In this document: in pieces, positions 58,501 through 64,000 of the stretch
Layout of the letters: the number at the start of each line of letters is the position of its first letter
Numbering within the stretch: position 1 is the stretch's first letter
NCBI RefSeq assembly: GCF_009914755.1
Contig: NC_060933.1
Origin: the human T2T-CHM13v2.0 reference genome, Homo sapiens
DNA: 64,000 nt
Reading direction: 5' to 3' (one strand)
The notes under the pieces: model-generated
Seen by the model: only the letters and a program-made list of their open reading frames with translations
The model's database searches: none
What the model was told of the DNA's origin: nothing
Translations under genes and position numbers: made by a program

Positions 58501-58636
58501 AGCCTGGGGCACATTATGATGCCTAAGATTGGTGGGTGGATTTTAATTGACTTGAAGACTGTCATAGTTCTATTATCATAAAACCTGTAACGCATTGCCA
58601 GCATGGAGGACCCATCTGTGCCCACCATCCATCTGT

Positions 58637-58769
58637 TTAGACATGATTGGCAAAGTGGTAGGGAACTCGCAGTGGTTGCCTCTGCCTGAAAGGAATGAAC
58701 CACAGGATCTTCCAACGAGTGCCAAAAACTTCTGAGAAGGTCTGCTGCCATGGCTTTCGGGGCCTCGAT
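58637..58769 (-). CDS. ZDHHC21: ZDHHC21 palmitoyltransferase, coding part of last exon
   Basis: Minus strand reads gtcttctgtag|A TCG AGG CCC ... CAT GTC TAA = (I)SRPRKPWQQTFSEVFGTRWKILWFIPFRQRQPLRVPYHFANHV*, the recognised ZDHHC21 C-terminus. Phase (1 nt + 44 codons) fits the upstream 44-nt exon. Not in the ORF track because it is a spliced exon. Confidence 0.96.
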
Positions 58770-59309
58770 CTACAGAAGACAGCATTATTAGTGAAAGACA
58801 GCACTCCCATGGTGCACTTCAGTCAGCTAAAACAATACAGGTTGGCTGGGGATCCATTACTGGACTCTGATGAATTGTGTCCCAGCATCATAAATACAGC
58901 TTTTCTTTCATTATGGCATGCAGCTGAGTTTTAACTCTGGATAGCAGATATTGTATCTGTGTCGTCAATCAACCGAGCGCAACTTTTGAAGCAGAGGAAA
59001 ATCTCAGGATTAACAGAATGTGTGTCAACAACACAGTAGCAAATCTCTTTTGATGTACTTTCAGGACAAATAATTTAACTTACTTTAGTTAGACAAGGCA
59101 CAAGAATGATCAGCATTTTAGTGTGAAAACTACCATGGCTGGAAAACCCCTACTGTAAGACTGGGGTAGCTTGCCTAGCACAGGCCTCAGACAATGCACC
59201 AAGAAAAAGCCATCATTATATTATCTATCTACCATATGCACATATTTCTCAAGTATGTCCAGTTCTTTCCAATTTTAAATAATACTATACACTTCAGTTT
59301 TATACTTAC

Positions 59310-59353
59310 ATATCTTCACAACAGTTTGACATCTTTTCAATAGATGTTGTATC
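59310..59353 (-). CDS. ZDHHC21: ZDHHC21 penultimate coding exon (44 nt)
   Basis: ttttttatttttaatag|GATACAACATCTATTGAAAAGATGTCAAACTGTTGTGAAGATAT|gtaagt encodes DTTSIEKMSNCCED(I), including the TTxE-like DHHC-family motif. Canonical AG/GT sites; 540-nt intron to the last exon. Confidence 0.95.
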
Positions 59354-62300
59354 CTATTAAAAATAAAAAATTATATTCAGATGTAAGAAAGTTATTAAGT
59401 ATTCTGTATCCACTCTATCATGTTTTTAATCTTATTCCAAAAATATTCTATAGATTTAAACAGTTTATATATGAGTATTATGAATTTTAAATTATCTTTC
59501 ATACATTGCTGGAATCCCCTTGGAAAAACAAAATCAACATTATACTATGCAAAAAAAAAAACCTATTCAAATACTAAAACCTCACAAAAATTATGACAGT
59601 ATCACTTCATTAAAATATAACCTTTTATTACACTTGCTTTCTTGACAATTCCTTTGAAAGTCTACAATCTACTTTCAATTTAACTGTCAGTGAATATGCA
59701 TTAAAAAATAAATACTAAAATGACATATGAAAGAAACTAATGAACAGAAAACTGCCTAAGAGTCAGGGTGCTACTGGTTCTGGGTTTCTGTAAACAACAA
59801 CAAAACTCAACAAGGCAATCTATGAATTTGCCATATTACAACATCTATTATTCTGAAAACTAAACTGACCAGAGTTCTTTCTTAGCGGAAAAAATAACTT
59901 TTTTGATAATACAATTCCCTAATTGTATGCTTTCTGTAAGGCTCTAACACAAATATGTAAAAAAAAAAATTTCAACAAACAGAAGATTGCTTCCAGAAAT
60001 GCTGGTTTCTGTTATCAGAAGACTTATCATTAGACTGGCAAATTGTTATAAGCAATAGCCAAATAATCAAAACACAAATTACACAATCTTATTTTTAGAT
60101 ATTTATTTGTATTTTAAATATATTTTGAAACAGTGCAAAAGAGTACATTCATTCAAATACACCAAAAGCTGGAGAAGTTTTCCTCTTTTTATCCCTTACT
60201 TTACCTTAACACTTTGTTTATACATAGGTGGACTTATTAAGCAGTACTATTCATGCAAACTCTTGCAGCTACAGGTAAAATCCCAAGAACTTATTTGGCT
60301 GCAAAACTTTTCCAATGATGCTAATAAACAGCACCTTCACTCAAAAACAACTCTTTAGAGATGTTAATAGCTCATAATATTAAATTCTCATTATGAATAG
60401 TTGCATAACTACAGTTAGCCTATGTAAGAGAAAATCAGAGAAAATGGATCTATTTTTAAGATAACTAATAACCAACAACATAGTTTCATTTACACATTTT
60501 CCAGGAATTTTTAAAAAGTTATAGATTAGCTACATATTCTATATTCATTAGTTTTCCTATCAAGCTGTGTAATTAATGGTATCCAGTGACAATTCTATTA
60601 ATAATTAATCTTTCTCTGCTCCGTTGCAATTTCCTCAAAATGTCTTACTTTATGAAAACACAGTCTACAAACATATGAGAACACTGATTAGGGTCTTAGA
60701 GGAAATTTGGGCTTCAGGTTCCACATCTGTAAAGGAAGTAAGTCATTTTAATGGTTTCTTAGAGTTTTGATAGTAACACATTGTTCCAAAGCAATTAAAA
60801 CAACTTACACAAAAGTACGAAGAAAAAGATGAGATAGAAGTCAACGAGAAAGCTGAAATAGAATAGCTATTAGGAAAGGTATATGAATGGCCTAAGATCA
60901 CAGATGTGGACAACACTTAAAAACTATAAACTATTCCATGGTATATAAGGCAAATGAAAGGTCAGACTACTCTCACCAGCTAAGATTAAGGGCAATTTTT
61001 ACTATGGAGAAATTACAACTTGTTTATAATCCTGAAGGATTTATTTGTGGCATTAAAAAAATCAACTTTAAAGATTTCAGATTTAGATTTCATACAGAAA
61101 AAGCTTTTATTTTCAAGTGTTTTTGATACCTTTCTTGAATCTGTTTTGGGAAATAACTAAAATACTATCTATTAAATCATCATAAGCATGGTTATTCTTT
61201 CAAACAATGTGATGCTTACCATTACTTTATGAGTAGGATTTGTGAGGCTGGCCCAAATAGGCTATTTTCTTTCCTCTAGAAATGGCAAATGCTCATCTGT
61301 CTGTAACTCTGTTATCCAGAATACTGTTATAAGTACAATTTGTATTTTAGCAACCAAACATGTCATCAAGTTTTTGCACTGGTGCTTACATATAACACAC
61401 CCAGAGCAATACAAATTAGGTTATCACATTCACTAGCAGGACAGAAACAGCAAACTAGAAGAGGACAGGGGTTACTACTATGAAGAATATGAAAAACCAC
61501 AAGTTATCCTCAAGTGTCAAATTAAGTTAAATATACTTTTGGAATTAAAAAAAACCACTAAAAAATATTTTGGTGCAGATAACTTCATTCAATACTAAAG
61601 ACTCAACACAGTTAGTGCTCATCATGAAAGGACCAATAAGATAACTATTATCCTCAAGGAGTTTAAATACAAAATATAAGTCCTCAGTTATATGTAAAAC
61701 TCAGCTATCCAGAGAAATTCACTTGTCCAGGAATGATAACAAACAAGTTTTTACTATGTGTCGTCTACCAGAACACTTTTATTTATAAATATTTACACCT
61801 CGATTACAGTCTAATGATCAAAATATCTAAGACTTTCCTCAGTCTACATGACCAAGAGATATATGAGGATGATTTACTATTTTAAAAACTGGATGTTCTT
61901 AAAAATAATGAACTAGAAACAGCAAGACATACAGAAATATAGGCCCTACCTATTTTATCTAATATTTTATCTTCTGATGGGTGATCTTACATAAGAAATT
62001 ATTTTTCAGGTCTAGTCTAAAAAATTATGTTGACTATTACCACTGTATCCTAAGTAGTAAAATTATACCTGGAATGGGGGGGCGGGGAAGTTCCTAAGAG
62101 AAAAGGAGAAAGAGATATCTCTTGGCTTGATGTTAGGAAAATGAGAGGTTGCAGGGGGGTGGGATAAAGAGCAAGAATTTATCACCAGAGGTTTCCTGGT
62201 TAACAGACCTGAGAACCCAGTCCTCCTGGCATAGAGCGCTTGATGATACAATCCATCCAACTAACTCATCCTGTTTTGAGTTCATTCTCACCAAGCAACA

Positions 62301-62674
62301 CTTTGCCACATATGTTGTCATACAGGAGAAAGAATGTGCTGAAGAGTCCTTTGGCACACCTGACAATCGCACATAAAGGAATAAACAATCTGTTATATGA
62401 CTATCTCTTTTGAGTCTGGAAGTAAGAGCCATTGCCTCTGGACCTGTTTAACCCTGCAAACAATTTCAAAATGGAGTTTCTAGACCTGCCAAACTGCAGA
62501 CCTGAGGAAAGTAAGAAAATTCTTTTCATTAGACTCCTTGAAGACAGTTCAATCTAACCTCAATTATCCCCTGCATTCTTTATTATTATAGGTCTTGTTG
62601 ATGCTTCCAAGTCTGCTACACATAGTTACCTAATGACTCTATGGTGATTTAATCTAGAGTTTAAAACACTGTTC

Positions 62675-63683
62675 TATACACACAATCTACTCAAAATGGA
62701 CCAAAAACTTCAATGTTAAGACCTGATCCTATGAAACTACTGGAAGAAAACATAGAGGAAATGCTTTAGGACATTGCCTGGATAAGGATTTTTTAGGTAA
62801 GACATAAAAAAAAAAGGCAACAACAAAAAAAAAAACAGACAAATGAGATTACATCAAACAAAAAAGCTCTGCATAGCAAAGGAAACAACATAGTGAATGG
62901 CTGGGTGCGGTGGCTCACGCCAGTAATTACAGGACTTTGGGAGGCCAAGGCAGGTGGATTGCTTGAGGCCAGGAGTTCAAGACCAGTGCAGCCAATATAG
63001 TGAGAGCCTGTCTCTACAAAAACAAAACAAAACCTTTAAAAAATTAGCAGGCATGGCATGGTGGCATGTGCCTGTAGTCCTCGCTACTTGGGGGACTTAG
63101 GTGGGAGGTTTGCTTGAGCCCAGAAGTTCAAGGCTGCAGTGAGTTATGATCATGCCACTGCACTCCAGCTTAGGTGATAGAATGAAATCCTGTCTCTTAA
63201 AAAAAAAAATACATTGAAGAAACAACCTAAAGAATGGAAGAAAATCTCTGCAACTATACATCTGACAAGGGGTTAATACCCAGAATACATAAGGAACACA
63301 AACAACTCAACAGAAAAAAAAAAAAAAGAGAGAGAAAACAAAAAAAATCTGATTCTAAAACAGAGAAAAGATTATAGAAATGACCAACAGGTATATGAAG
63401 AAATGTTCAACACCACTAGCCATCAGAGAAACGTAAATCAAAAACCACAATGGGAAATCATGTCATCCCAATCAGAATTATCCCAGGGTATTATCAAAAA
63501 TACAAAAGGTAAATGTTGGCAAGGATGTGGAGAAAAGGGAACCCTTACACAGTCTGGGGAAGAACCTTTACTCTTGTTGGGGAAAGTGTAAATCCATGCA
63601 GTCATTATAAAAAACAGTATGGAGGCACCTCAAAAAGTTAAAAACAAAACTACTATATGATCCAGCAATCACAGCACTGGGTA
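62675..63683 (+). mobile_element. Intronic L1M ORF2/3' fragment (antisense to ZDHHC21)
   Basis: ctcaaaatggaccaaaaac...aaactactggaagaaaacatag...caaggatgtggagaaaagggaaccc; split by an AluJ. Confidence 0.8.
62899..63210 (+). mobile_element. AluJ
   Basis: ggattgcttgaggccaggagttcaag; gcagtgagttatgatcatgccactg. Confidence 0.9.
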
Positions 63684-63685
63684 CA

Positions 63686-64000
63686 CTGTCAGCCCTCCAT
63701 ATTTGTGGGTTCTGTAGCTGTGATTCAATCAACCATGGATCGAAAATACTTTAAGAAAAACTATTTAAAAAAATAAATAATAATATGAATTAAAATAATA
63801 TAGTTTAACAACTATTTACATAGTATTTACGTTGTATCGGGTATTATAAATAATCTAGAAGATGAATTATAGTACAAGGGAAGATGTCCATAAGTTATAT
63901 TCAAATACTACACCATTTTACATAAGGAACAGGAGCCTCAATGGATTCCGATATCCCTGTGGGGTCCAGAAATCAATCCCCCATGGAGAGTGAGGGACAA
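63686..64000 (-). mobile_element. MER2 (TcMar-Tigger) DNA transposon
   Basis: Termini ctgtcagccctccatatttgtgggttc and aatcaatcccccatggagagtgagggacaa resemble MER2 ends. Confidence 0.75.

Larger units (their letters stand above)
50742..58636 (-). other. ZDHHC21: ZDHHC21 long 3' UTR (~7.9 kb)
   Basis: AT-rich stretch without recognisable interspersed repeats, running from the stop codon to a minus-strand AATAAA at 50756-50761. Length agrees with the long UTR I recall for this gene; the exact cleavage site is inferred. Confidence 0.8.

Noticed and set aside
58416-58934. ORF-track entries of 111, 69 and 79 aa overlapping the ZDHHC21 last exon
   Set aside because: Alternative frames or antisense of the true coding exon; the real frame is set by splicing.

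Overview
Repeat-rich primate, almost certainly human, genomic DNA. The right third holds the 3' end of the palmitoyltransferase gene ZDHHC21 on the minus strand: a 44-nt penultimate coding exon (59310-59353), the last coding segment (58637-58769; spliced reading DTTSIEKMSNCCEDISRPRKPW...VPYHFANHV*) and an AT-rich 3' UTR of about 7.9 kb ending near 50740. From memory this is 9p22.3, between ZDHHC21 and NFIB. The left two thirds are intergenic and dominated by nested L1s, Alus, MaLR LTRs, MIRs and DNA transposons. They also carry a CDCA4 processed pseudogene (33149-33885) and a second, unidentified retrocopy-like insert (35926-36405). Nearly all ORF-track entries are repeat-derived or chance ORFs. 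I found no convincing novel multi-gene system. The best leads are: (1) an L1PA with a THE1-LTR-derived 5' transduction, an apparent cap-derived G and a large internal deletion; (2) two L1PA copies 29 kb apart that share apparently private variants; (3) candidate cryptic or micro-exons in the ZDHHC21 intron; (4) an abutting poly(A) signal and 5' splice site with a downstream (GU)20 tract in the 3' UTR; (5) short templated duplications. Repeat subfamily names come from recalled consensus sequences, not a RepeatMasker run, and repeat boundaries are approximate.
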